Below, in pieces: positions 52,002-64,000 of a stretch of 64,000 bases of DNA. The stretch is from the human T2T-CHM13v2.0 reference genome, Homo sapiens. The notes beneath the pieces are model-generated. The model ran no database searches. It was given only the letters and a program-made list of their open reading frames with translations, and had not been told where the DNA came from. Position numbers and translations under genes: made by a program. Location: NCBI RefSeq assembly GCF_009914755.1, contig NC_060948.1; one strand, 5' to 3'. Within the stretch, counting starts at the first letter, position 1, and each line of letters opens with the position of its first letter.

Positions 52002-55000
52002 ATGGAAACGAACCACAAGGAATGGACAGGAATAGAATGGTCTCGAATTGAATGGAATCGTATGGAATGGCATCAAACGGAATGGAATGGACAGCCACGG
52101 AATGGAATGCACTCGAATGCAATGGAGTCGAAACTAACGGACTGGAATAGAATGGACTCGACTGGTACGGACTCCAATGGAATGGAATCGAATGGAAGGG
52201 AATCGAACGGAAGGGAATCGAACGGAATGGACTCGAAGGGAAAAGACTGCAATGGAAAGGTCTCGAATGGAATGGAAATTAATGGAATGGAATGGAGTCG
52301 AATGAAATGGAGTCAAAAGGAATGGAATCGAATGGCAAGAAATCGAATGTAATGGAATCGCAAGGAATTGATGTGAACGGAACGGAATGGAATGGAATCC
52401 AAAGGAATGGAATAGAATGGAATGGAATCGAATGGAAAGGACTCGAATGGAAATCACTCGAATAGAATGCAATTTAATAAAATAGGATCAAATGTAATGG
52501 AATGGAATGGAAATGAATCGAAACGAAAGGAATGGAGACAGATGGAATGGAATGGAACAGAGAGCAATGGTATAGAATGGAATGGAATCATCTGGAATGG
52601 AATTGAATGGAATGGAATAATATGAAATGGAATGGAATGGAATGGAATGGAATGCCCTTGAATTAAATGGACTGGAATGGAATGGACTCAAACAGAGTGG
52701 AATGGAAAGTGTGGAGATAGAATGGAATGAACTCCTTTGGAATGGTCTAGTGGGCAATGCAATCGACTGGCAGGGAATCAAAAGGAATGTAATCGAATGG
52801 ATTGGACTGGAATGCAATGGACTCGAATAGATTGGAAACGGAATGCAAAGAATGGAATGGAATAGTATGGAATGGAATGGAAAGGAATGGAGTGGAACAG
52901 ACTAGAGTGGAATGGAATGGACTGGAAAGCAATGGACTGGAATGGAACTTTCTTGAATGGACTGGAATCAAACGGAATGGAATGCAATGCAATCAAATGG
53001 CATGGAATAAAATAGAATGAAAGAGAATCAAATGGAATTGAATCGAATGGAATCGAATGGATTGGAAAGGAATAGAATGGAATGGAATGGAATTGACTCA
53101 AATGGAATGGACTAGAATGGAATGGATTCGAATGGAAGGCAAAGGAATGGAATCTATTGGAATGGACTGTAATGGAATGGAATGGAAGGGATTGGAATGG
53201 ACTCGAATGGAATGGACTGCAATAGAAAGGATTCGAATGGAATGAAAAAGAATTGAATGGAATAGAACAGAATGGAATCAAATCGAATGAAATGGAATGG
53301 AATAGAAAGGAATGGAATGAAATGGAATGGAAAGGATTCGAATGGAATGCAATCGAATGGAATGGAATCGAACGGAATGGAATAAAATGGAAGAAAACTG
53401 GCAAGAAATGGAATCGAAATGAATGGAGTGTTATGGAACGGACTCAAAAGGAATTGAATGTAATAGAATGGAGTGGAGTGGACTCGAATATAATGGACTG
53501 GAATGGAATGAAATCACATGGAATGGGAACGAATGGAATGGAATGGAAAGGAATGGAATCGAATGGAAAGGAATCGAATGGAAGGGAATGAAATTGAATC
53601 AACAGGAATGGAAGGGAATAGAATAGACGGTAATGGAATGGACTCGAATAGAATGGACACGAATGCTCAAATTAAATGGACTCGAATGGAATGGAAACGA
53701 AAGGAATGTCATCGAATGGAATTGAATCGATTGGAATGAAATCGCATAGAATGGAGTGGAATCAAATGGAATTGAATCGAAAGGAAAGGAAGCGAATGGA
53801 CTGAAATGAAATGGAATGGAATTGAATGGAAAGTAATGCAATGGAATAGAATGGAACGAAATTTCACGGAATGGAATCAAACTGAATGGAATCAAATCAA
53901 TGGAATCAAATCAAATGGAATGGAAAGGAATTGAATGGAGTAGATGGGATTGGATGGGATTGGAATGAAATGTACTGGAAAGGACTCGAATTTCATGAAA
54001 CGGAATGGAATGAATTGGAACGGAATGGACTCGAATGGAATGGAATGTCATGGGATGGCATCAAATGGAATGGCATCAAATGGAATGGAATCGAATGCAA
54101 TGGAATGCTATGGAATGGAATGGAATGCATTGGAATGGAATGTCCTCTAATGGAATGGATTCGAGTGGAATGGAATTGAATATAATGGAGTCGAATGAAA
54201 TGGAATTGAAAGGAATGGGATCGAATACAATGGAATATACTGGAATGTAACGTAACGAACTCGAATGTAATTAACTGGAATGGAATGTACATGAATGGAA
54301 TGTAATCGAATGGAAAGTAATCCAATGGAATAGAATCTAATGCAATAAAATCGACTCAGATAGAGTAGAATGTAATGGAATGGAGTGCAGTGCAATGGAA
54401 TGGAATGGAATGGAATGCAATGGAATGGAATGGAATGGAATGGAATGGAATGGAATGGAATGGGATGGAATGGTATGGAATGGATAGTAATGGACTGGAG
54501 TGAAATGGACTGGAAAGGAATGGACTCAAATTGAAAGGGCTCGAAAGGAATGGAGTCAAATGGAATGGTCTGGAATGGAATGAACACGAATGTAATGCAA
54601 CCCAATAGAATGGAATCGAATGGCATGGAATAGAAAGAAATGGAATCGAAGAGAATGGAAACAAATGGAATGGCATTGAATGGAATGGGAACGAATGGAG
54701 TGAAATTGTATGCAGTAGAAGAGAATAGAATGGAATGCAAGCGAAAGGAAAGGAATGGATTGGAATGGAATGGAATTCATTGGAATGGAAGGGAATGTAG
54801 TGTAATGGACAGGCCTGGAATAAAGTGGAATGCTACGGTCTCGAATGGAATAAAAATGTATGGAATGGAATGCAATGAAACGGAATCGAATGTCATAGAA
54901 TGTAATGGAATGCAAAAAAATGGAATCCAAAATCATTGACTGGAAAGGCTGGGTGTCGAAAGGAATTGACTCCAATGGAATGGAATCGAATGGAATGGAA

Positions 55001-55564
55001 GTGAATAGAATCGAACTAAATCGAATGGAATGGAATTGATAGGAACGGAATGGAAAGGAATGCAATGATTTGGCATGGAATGGAATCGAATGGCATCGAA
55101 TGGAATGGAATGGAATGCAATGGAATGGAATGTATTAGAATGTAATGAACTTTAATGGAATGTACTCGAATGGATTCGACTGGAATGGAATGTTCTGGAA
55201 GTGAATGGACTCCAATGGAATGGATTCCAAAGGAATGGAATCGTACGGAATGGAATCTAATGGAATGGAATTAAATGGAAATGAATCAAATTGAATAGCA
55301 CGGAATTGAATTGAATGGAATGGAATGCAATGGAATCTAATGAAACGGAAAGGAAAGGAATGGAATGGAATGGAATGGGCTGGAATGGAAAGGAATCGAA
55401 ACGAATGGAATGGAATCGAACTGAAGAGACTGGAATGGAATGCACTGGAATGGAAGGGAGTGTAATGGAAGGTTCTCGAAAAAAATGGAATCGAATGGAA
55501 TGGAATTGAATGGAACGGAATAGAGTCGAATGGAATTGAATGGAATGGAATGGACTAGAGTGAA
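52002..55564. repeat. DYZ1 unit 16 (3563 bp)
   Basis: Variant anchor ATGGAAACGAACCACAAGG at 52002 to 55565. Confidence 0.95.
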
Positions 55565-58500
55565 ATGGAATCGAACCACAAGGAATGGACAGGAATAGAA
55601 TGGTCTCGAATTGAATGGAATCGTATGGAATGGCATCAAACGGAATGGAATGGACAGCCACGGAATGGAATGCACTCGAATGCAATGGAGTCGAAACTAA
55701 CGGACTGGAATAGAATGGACTCGACTGGTACGGACTCCAATGGAATGGAATCGAATGGAAGGGAATCGAACGGAAGGGAATCGAACGGAATGGACTCGAA
55801 GGGAAAAGACTGCAATGGAAAGGTCTCGAATGGAATGGAAATTAATGGAATGGAATGGAGTCGAATGAAATGGAGTCAAAAGGAATGGAATCGAATGGCA
55901 AGAAATCGAATGTAATGGAATCGCAAGGAATTGATGTCAACGGAACGGAATGGAATGGAATCCAAAGGAATGGAATAGAATGGAATGGAATCGAATGGAA
56001 AGGACTCGAATGGAAATCACTCGAATAGAATGCAATTTAATAAAGTAGGATCAAATGTAATGGAATGGAATGGAAAGGAATCGAAACGAAAGGAATGGAG
56101 ACAGATGGAATGGAATGGAACAGAGAGCAATGGTATAGAATGGAATGGAATCATCTGGAATGGAATTGAATGGAATGGAATAATATGAAATGGAATGGAA
56201 TGGAATGGAATGGAATGCCCTTGAATTAAATGGACTGGAATGGAATGGACTCAAACAGAGTGGAATGGAAAGTGTGGAGATAGAATGGAATGAACTCCTT
56301 TGGAATGGTCTAGTGGGCAATGCAATCGACTGGCAGGGAATCAAAAGGAATGTAATCGAATGGATTGGACTGGAATGCAATGGACTCGAATAGATTGGAA
56401 ACGGAATGCAAAGAATGGAATGGAATAGTATGGAATGGAATGGAAAGGAATGGAGTGGAACAGACTAGAGTGGAATGGAATGGACTGGAAAGCAATGGAC
56501 TGGAATGGAACTTTCTTGAATGGACTGGAATCAAACGGAATGGAATGCAATGCAATCAAATGGCATGGAATAAAATAGAATGAAAGAGAATCAAATGGAA
56601 TTGAATCGAATGGAATCGAATGGATTGGAAAGGAATAGAATGGAATGGAATGGAATTGACTCAAATGGAATGGACTAGAATGGAATGGATTCGAATGGAA
56701 GGCAAAGGAATGGAATCTATTGGAATGGACTGTAATGGAATGGAATGGAAGGGATTGGAATGGACTCGAATGGAATGGACTGCAATAGAAAGGATTCGAA
56801 TGGAATGAAAAAGAATTGAATGGAATAGAACAGAATGGAATCAAATCGAATGAAATGGAATGGAATAGAAAGGAATGGAATGAAATGGAATGGAAAGGAT
56901 TCGAATGGAATGCAATCGAATGGAATGGAATCGAACGGAATGGAATAAAATGGAAGAAAACTGGCAAGAAATGGAATCGAAATGAATGGAGTGTTATGGA
57001 ACGGACTCAAAAGGAATTGAATGTAATAGAATGGAGTGGAGTGGACTCGAATATAATGGACTGGAATGGAATGAAATCACATGGAATGGGAACGAATGGA
57101 ATGGAATGGAAAGGAATGGAATCGAATGGAAAGGAATCGAATGGAAGGGAATGAAATTGAATCAACAGGAATGGAAGGGAATAGAATAGACTGTAATGGA
57201 ATGGACTCGAATAGAATGGACACGAATGCTCAAATTAAATGGACTCGAATGGAATGGAAACGAAAGGAATGTCATCGAATGGAATTGAATCGATTGGAAT
57301 GAAATCGCATAGAATGGAGTGGAATCAAATGGAATTGAATCGAAAGGAAAGGAAGCGAATGGACTGAAATGAAATGGAATGGAATTGAATGGAAAGTAAT
57401 GCAATGGAATAGAATGGAACGAAATTTCACGGAATGGAATCAAACTGAATGGAATCAAATCAATGGAATCAAATCAAATGGAATGGAAAGGAATTGAATG
57501 GAGTAGATGGGATTGGATGGGATTGGAATGAAAAGTACTGGAAAGGACTCAAATTTCATGAAACGGAATGGAATGAATTGGAACGGAATGGACTCGAATG
57601 GAATGGAATGTCATGGGATGGCATCAAATGGAATGGCATCAAATGGAATGGAATCGAATGCAATGGAATGCTATGGAATGGAATGGAATGCATTGGAATG
57701 GAATGTCCTCTAATGGAATGGATTCGAGTGGAATGGAATTGAATATAATGGAGTCGAATGAAATGGAATTGAAAGGAATGGGATCGAATACAATGGAATA
57801 TACTGGAATGTAACGTAATGAACTCGAATGTAATTGACTGGAATGGAATGTACATGAATGGAATGTAATCGAATGGAAAGTAATCCAATGGAATAGAATC
57901 TAATGCAATAAAATCGACTCAGATAGAGTAGAATGTAATGGAATGGAGTGCAGTGCAATGGAATGGAATGGAATGGAATGCAATGGAATGGAATGGAATG
58001 GAATGGAATGGAATGGAATGGAATGGAACGGAATGGAATGGGATGGAATGGTATGGAATGGATAGTAATGGACTGGAGTGAAATGGACTGGAAAGGAATG
58101 GACTCAAATTGAAAGGGCTCGAAAGGAATGGAGTCAAATGGAATGGTCTGGAATGGAATGAACACGAATGTAATGCAACCCAATAGAATGGAATCGAATG
58201 GCATGGAATATAAAGAAATGGAATAGAAGAGAATGGAAACAAATGGAATGGAATTGAATGGAATGGGAACGAATGGAGTGAAATTGTATGCAGTAGAAGA
58301 GAATAGAATGGAATGCAAGCGAAAGGAAAGGAATGCATTGGAATGGAATGGAATTCATTGGAATGGAAGGGAATGTAGTGTAATGGACAGGCCTGGAATA
58401 AAGTGGAATGCTACGGTCTCGAATGGAATAAAAATGTATGGAATGGAATGCAATGAAACGGAATCGAATGTCATAGAATGTAATGGAATGCAAAAAAATG

Positions 58501-59142
58501 GAATCCAAAATCATTGACTGGAAAGGCTGGGTGTCGAAAGGAATTGACTCCAATGGAATGGAATCGAATGGAATGGAAGTGAATAGAATCGAACTAAATC
58601 GAATGGAATGGAATTGATAGGAACGGAATGGAAAGGAATGCAATGATTTGGCATGGAATGGAATCGAATGGCATCGAATGGAATGGAATGGAATGCAATG
58701 GAATGGAATGTATTAGAATGTAATGAACTTTAATGGAATGTACTCGAATGGATTCGACTGGAATGGAATGTTCTGGAAGTGAATGGACTCCAATGGAATG
58801 GATTCCAAAGGAATGGAATCGTACGGAATGGAATCTAATGGAATGGAATTAAATGGAAATGAATCAAATTGAATAGCACGGAATTGAATTGAATGGAATG
58901 GAATGCAATGGAATCTAATGAAACGGAAAGGAAAGGAATGGAATGGAATGGAATGGGCTGGAATGGAAAGGAATCGAAACGAATGGAATGGAATCGAACT
59001 GAAGAGACTGGAATGGAATGCACTGGAATGGAAGGGAGTGTAATGGAAGGTTCTCGAAAAAAATGGAATCGAATGGAATGGAATTGAATGGAACGGAATA
59101 GAGTCGAATGGAATTGAATGGAATGGAATGGACTAGAGTGAA
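55565..59142. repeat. DYZ1 unit 17 (3578 bp)
   Basis: Anchor 55565 to 59143. Confidence 0.95.
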
Positions 59143-62100
59143 ATGGAATCGAACCACAAGGAATGGACAGGAATAGAATGGTCTCGAATTGAATGGAATC
59201 GTATGGAATGGCATCAAACGGAATGGAATGGACAGCCACGGAATGGAATGCACTCGAATGCAATGGAGTCGAAACTAACGGACTGGAATAGAATGGACTC
59301 GACTGGTACGGACTCCAATGGAATGGAATCGAATGGAAGGGAATCGAACGGAAGGGAATCGAACGGAATGGACTCGAAGGGAAAAGACTGCAATGGAAAG
59401 GTCTCGAATGGAATGGAAATTAATGGAATGGAATGGAGTCGAATGAAATGGAGTCAAAAGGAATGGAATCGAATGGCAAGAAATCGAATGTAATGGAATC
59501 GCAAGGAATTGATGTGAACGGAACGGAATGGAATGGAATCCAAAGGAATGGAATAGAATGGAATGGAATCGAATGGAAAGGACTCGAATGGAAATCACTC
59601 GAATAGAATGCAATTTAATAAAGTAGGATCAAATGTAATGGAATGGAATGGAAAGGAATCGAAACGAAAGGAATGGAGACAGATGGAATGGAATGGAACA
59701 GAGAGCAATGGTATAGAATGGAATGGAATCATCTGGAATGGAATTGAATGGAATGGAATAATATGAAATGGAATGGAATGGAATGGAATGGAATGCCCTT
59801 GAATTAAATGGACTGGAATGGAATGGACTCAAACAGAGTGGAATGGAAAGTGTGGAGATAGAATGGAATGAACTCCTTTGGAATGGTCTAGTGGGCAATG
59901 CAATCGACTGGCAGGGAATCAAAAGGAATGTAATCGAATGGATTGGACTGGAATGCAATGGACTCGAATAGATTGGAAACGGAATGCAAAGAATGGAATG
60001 GAATAGTATGGAATGGAATGGAAAGGAATGGAGTGGAACAGACTAGAGTGGAATGGAATGGACTGGAAAGCAATGGACTGGAATGGAACTTTCTTGAATG
60101 GACTGGAATCAAACGGAATGGAATGCAATGCAATCAAATGGCATGGAATAAAATAGAATGAAAGAGAATCAAATGGAATTGAATCGAATGGAATCGAATG
60201 GATTGGAAAGGAATAGAATGGAATGGAATGGAATTGACTCAAATGGAATGGACTAGAATGGAATGGATTCGAATGGAAGGCAAAGGAATGGAATCTATTG
60301 GAATGGACTGTAATGGAATGGAATGGAAGGGATTGGAATGGACTCGAATGGAATGGACTGCAATAGAAAGGATTCGAATGGAATGAAAAAGAATTGAATG
60401 GAATAGAACAGAATGGAATCAAATCGAATGAAATGGAATGGAATAGAAAGGAATGGAATGAAATGGAATGGAAAGGATTCGAATGGAATGCAATCGAATG
60501 GAATGGAATCGAACGGAATGGAATAAAATGGAAGAAAACTGTCAAGAAATGGAATCGAAATGAATGGAGTGTTATGGAACGGACTCAAAAGGAATTGAAT
60601 GTAATAGAATGGAGTGGAGTGGACTCGAATATAATGGACTGGAATGGAATGAAATCACATGGAATGGGAACGAATGGAATGGAATGGAAAGGAATGGAAT
60701 CGAATGGAAAGGAATCGAATGGAAGGGAATGAAATTGAATCAACAGGAATGGAAGGGAATAGAATAGACTGTAATGGAATGGACTCGAATAGAATGGACA
60801 CGAATGCTCAAATTAAATGGACTCGAATGGAATGGAAACGAAAGGAATGTCATCGAATGGAATTGAATCGATTGGAATGAAATCGCATAGAATGGAGTGG
60901 AATCAAATGGAATTGAATCGAAAGGAAAGGAAGCGAATGGACTGAAATGAAATGGAATGGAATTGAATGGAAAGTAATGCAATGGAATAGAATGGAACGA
61001 AATTTCACGGAATGGAATCAAACTGAATGGAATCAAATCAATGGAATCAAATCAAATGGAATGGAAAGGAATTGAATGGAGTAGATGGGATTGGATGGGA
61101 TTGGAATGAAATGTACTGGAAAGGACTCGAATTTCATGAAACGGAATGGAATGAATTGGAACGGAATGGACTCGAATGGAATGGAATGTCATGGGATGGC
61201 ATCAAATGGAATGGCATCAAATGGAATGGAATCGAATGCAATGGAATGCTATGGAATGGAATGGAATGCATTGGAATGGAATGTCCTCTAATGGAATGGA
61301 TTCGAGTGGAATGGAATTGAATATAATGGAGTCGAATGAAATGGAATTGAAAGGAATGGGATCGAATACAATGGAATATACTGGAATGTAACGTAATGAA
61401 CTCGAATGTAATTGACTGGAATGGAATGTACATGAATGGAATGTAATCGAATGGAAAGTAATCCAATGGAATAGAATCTAATGCAATAAAATCGACTCAG
61501 ATAGAGTAGAATGTAATGGAATGGAGTGCAGTGCAATGGAATGGAATGGAATGGAATGCAATGGAATGGAATGGAATGGAATGGAATGGAATGGAATGGA
61601 ACGGAATGGAATGGGATGGAATGGTATGGAATGGATAGTAATGGACTGGAGTGAAATGGACTGGAAAGGAATGGACTCAAATTGAAAGGGCTCGAAAGGA
61701 ATGGAGTCAAATGGAATGGTCTGGAATGGAATGAACACGAATGTAATGCAACCCAATAGAATGGAATCGAATGGCATGGAATATAAAGAAATGGAATCGA
61801 AGAGAATGGAAACAAATGGAATGGAATTGAATGGAATGGGAACGAATGGAGTGAAATTGTATGCAGTAGAAGAGAATAGAATGGAATGCAAGCGAAAGGA
61901 AAGGAATGCATTGGAATGGAATGGAATTCATTGGAATGGAAGGGAATGTAGTGTAATGGACAGGCCTGGAATAAAGTGGAATGCTACGGTCTCGAATGGA
62001 ATAAAAATGTATGGAATGGAATGCAATGAAACGGAATCGAATGTCATAGAATGTAATGGAATGCAAAAAAATGGAATCCAAAATCATTGACTGGAAAGGC

Positions 62101-62715
62101 TGGGTGTCGAAAGGAATTGACTCCAATGGAATGGAATCGAATGGAATGGAAGTGAACAGAATCGAACTAAATCGAATGGAATGGAATTGATAGGAACGGA
62201 ATGGAAAGGAATGCAATGATTTGGCATGGAATGGAATCGAATGGCATCGAATGGAATGGAATGGAATGCAATGGAATGGAATGTATTAGAATGTAATGAA
62301 CTTTAATGGAATGTACTCGAATGGATTCGACTGGAATGGAATGTTCTGGAAGTGAATGGACTCCAATGGAATGGATTCCAAAGGAATGGAATCGTACGGA
62401 ATGGAATCTAATGGAATGGAATTAAATGGAAATGAATCAAATTGAATAGCACGGAATTGAATTGAATGGAATCGAATGCAATGGAATCTAATGAAACGGA
62501 AAGGAAAGGAATGGAATGGAATAGAATGGGCTGGAATGGAAAGGAATCGAAACGAATGGAATGGAATCGAACTGAAGAGACTGGAATGGAATGCACTGTA
62601 ATGGAAGGGAGTGTAATGGAAGGTTCTCGAAAAAAATGGAATCGAATGGAATGGAATTGAATGGAACGGAATAGAGTCGAATGGAATTGAATGGAATGGA
62701 ATGGACTAGAGTGAA
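59143..62715. repeat. DYZ1 unit 18 (3573 bp)
   Basis: Anchor 59143 to 62716; very close to unit 17. Confidence 0.95.
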
Positions 62716-64000
62716 ATGGAATCGAACCACAAGGAATGGACAGGAATAGAATGGTCTCGAATTGAATGGAATCGTATGGAATGGCATCAAACGGAATGGA
62801 ATGGACAGCCACGGAATGGAATGCACTCGAATGCAATGGAGTCGAAACTAACGGACTGGAATAGAATGGACTCGACTGGTACGGACTCCAATGGAATGGA
62901 ATCGAATGGAAGGGAATCGAACGGAAGGGAATCGAACGGAATGGACTCGAAGGGAAAAGACTGCAATGGAAAGGTCTCGAATGGAATGGAAATTAATGGA
63001 ATGGAATGGAGTCGAATGAAATGGAGTCAAAAGGAATGGAATCGAATGGCAAGAAATCGAATGTAATGGAATCGCAAGGAATTGATGTGAACGGAACGGA
63101 ATGGAATGGAATCCAAAGGAATGGAATAGAATGGAATGGAATCGAATGGAAAGGACTCGAATGGAAATCACTCGAATAGAATGCAATTTAATAAAATAGG
63201 ATCAAATGTAATGGAATGGAATGGAAAGGAATCGAAACGAAAGGAATGGAGACAGATGGAATGGAATGGAACAGAGAGCAATGGTATAGAATGGAATGGA
63301 ATCATCTGGAATGGAATTGAATGGCATGGAATAATATGAAATGGAATGGAATGGAATGGAATGGAATGCCCTTGAATTAAATGGACTGGAATGGAATGGA
63401 CTCAAACAGAGTGGAATGGAAAGTGTGGAGATAGAATGGAATGAACTCCTTTGGAATGGTCTAGTAGGCAATGCAATCGACTGGCAGGGAATCAAAAGGA
63501 ATGTAATCGAATGGATTGGACTGGAATGCAATGGACTCGAATAGATTGGAAACGGAATGCAAAGAATGGAATGGAATAGTATGGAATGGAATGGAAAGGA
63601 ATGGAGTGGAACAGACTAGAGTGGAATGGAATGGACTGGAAAGCAATGGACTGGAATGGAACTTTCTTGAATGGACTGGAATCAAACGGAATGGAATGCA
63701 ATGCAATCAAATGGCATGGAATAAAATAGAATGAAAGAGAATCAAATGGAATTGAATCGAATGGAATCGAATGGATTGGAAAGGAATAGAATGGAATGGA
63801 ATGGAATTGACTCAAATGGAATGGACTAGAATGGAATGGATTCGAATGGAAGGCAAAGGAATGGAATCTATTGGAATGGACTGTAATGGAATGGAATGGA
63901 AGGGATTGGAATGGACTCGAATGGAATGGACTGCAATAGAAAGGATTCGAATGGAATGAAAAAGAATTGAATGGAATAGAACAGAATGGAATCAAATCGA
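62716..64000. repeat. DYZ1 unit 19 (partial, cut by window end)
   Basis: Anchor at 62716; colinear with the first 1.3 kb of units 16-18. Confidence 0.95.

Larger units (their letters stand above)
1..64000. repeat. DYZ1: Human satellite III (HSat3) array, DYZ1 family (Yq12 heterochromatin), ~3.56-kb tandem unit built of diverged GGAAT pentamers
   Basis: GGAAT and variants (CGAAT, GCAAT, GGACT, TGAAT) run end to end on the + strand. The unique anchor ATGGAATCGAACCACAAGG recurs every ~3.5-3.58 kb. One GGCC and one GAATTC per standard unit, as in the classical 3564-bp DYZ1 HaeIII/EcoRI monomer. Confidence 0.97.

Noticed and set aside
83-63995. Hundreds of ORFs of 60-316 aa (MEWNG-type on +, FHSIP-type on -), including the 305-316 aa minus-strand ORFs such as 11225-12166 and 42708-43658
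   Set aside because: (GGAAT)n has no stop codon in any frame and translates to exactly these pentapeptide repeats. The ORFs overlap in all frames, are broken or fused by random 1-bp indels between units, and show no domain. They are not genes.
1-64000. CRISPR-like repeat/spacer array or other prokaryotic defence system
   Set aside because: There is no constant repeat separating unique spacers and no cas or other gene; the variable parts are themselves pentamer derivatives repeated every 3.56 kb.
1-64000. HSat2, alpha satellite, telomeric repeat, DYZ2/Alu or L1 insertion
   Set aside because: There is no HSat2-type CATTCGATTC/GATGATT dominance, no 171-bp period, no TTAGGG, no AT-rich or Alu segment; all units are colinear with no foreign sequence.
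1-64000. Inversion or strand switch within the array
   Set aside because: GGAAT stays on the + strand throughout; I found no CATTC-oriented block.
1-64000. A strict higher-order repeat of several 3.56-kb units (2-mer or 10-mer)
   Set aside because: Lag-2 and lag-10 similarities are local patches only; units 2/12 and 3/13 do not pair. They are reported as mosaic events instead.

Overview
The whole 64 kb is one uninterrupted, single-orientation human satellite III array (GGAAT/CATTC pentamer base). It is organised as a ~3.56-kb tandem unit that I identify as the Y-chromosome Yq12 DYZ1 repeat (HSat3). Evidence: one HaeIII and one EcoRI site per unit, unit length close to the classical 3564 bp, and matches to the DYZ1 sexing-PCR primer sites as I recall them. 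There are 18 complete units (starts at 83, 3641, 7209, 10788, 14337, 17861, 20981, 24525, 28027, 31581, 35144, 38702, 42256, 45814, 48433, 52002, 55565, 59143) plus a partial 19th from 62716. I see no credible protein-coding gene, RNA gene, transposon, DYZ2/Alu insert, inversion or CRISPR array; every ORF in the track is a translation of the pentamer. I found no new gene system. The notable structure is internal to the array: three perfect heat-shock elements (nGAAnnTTCnnGAAn) per unit, two register-preserving internal deletions (440 bp and ~955 bp), chimeric units linking copies 7 kb and 35 kb apart, haplotype blocks, fixed pentamer-register breaks, a hypervariable pure (GGAAT)n tract and a possible ~0.9-kb ancestral sub-period. 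All variant comparisons were made by eye and should be confirmed by alignment.
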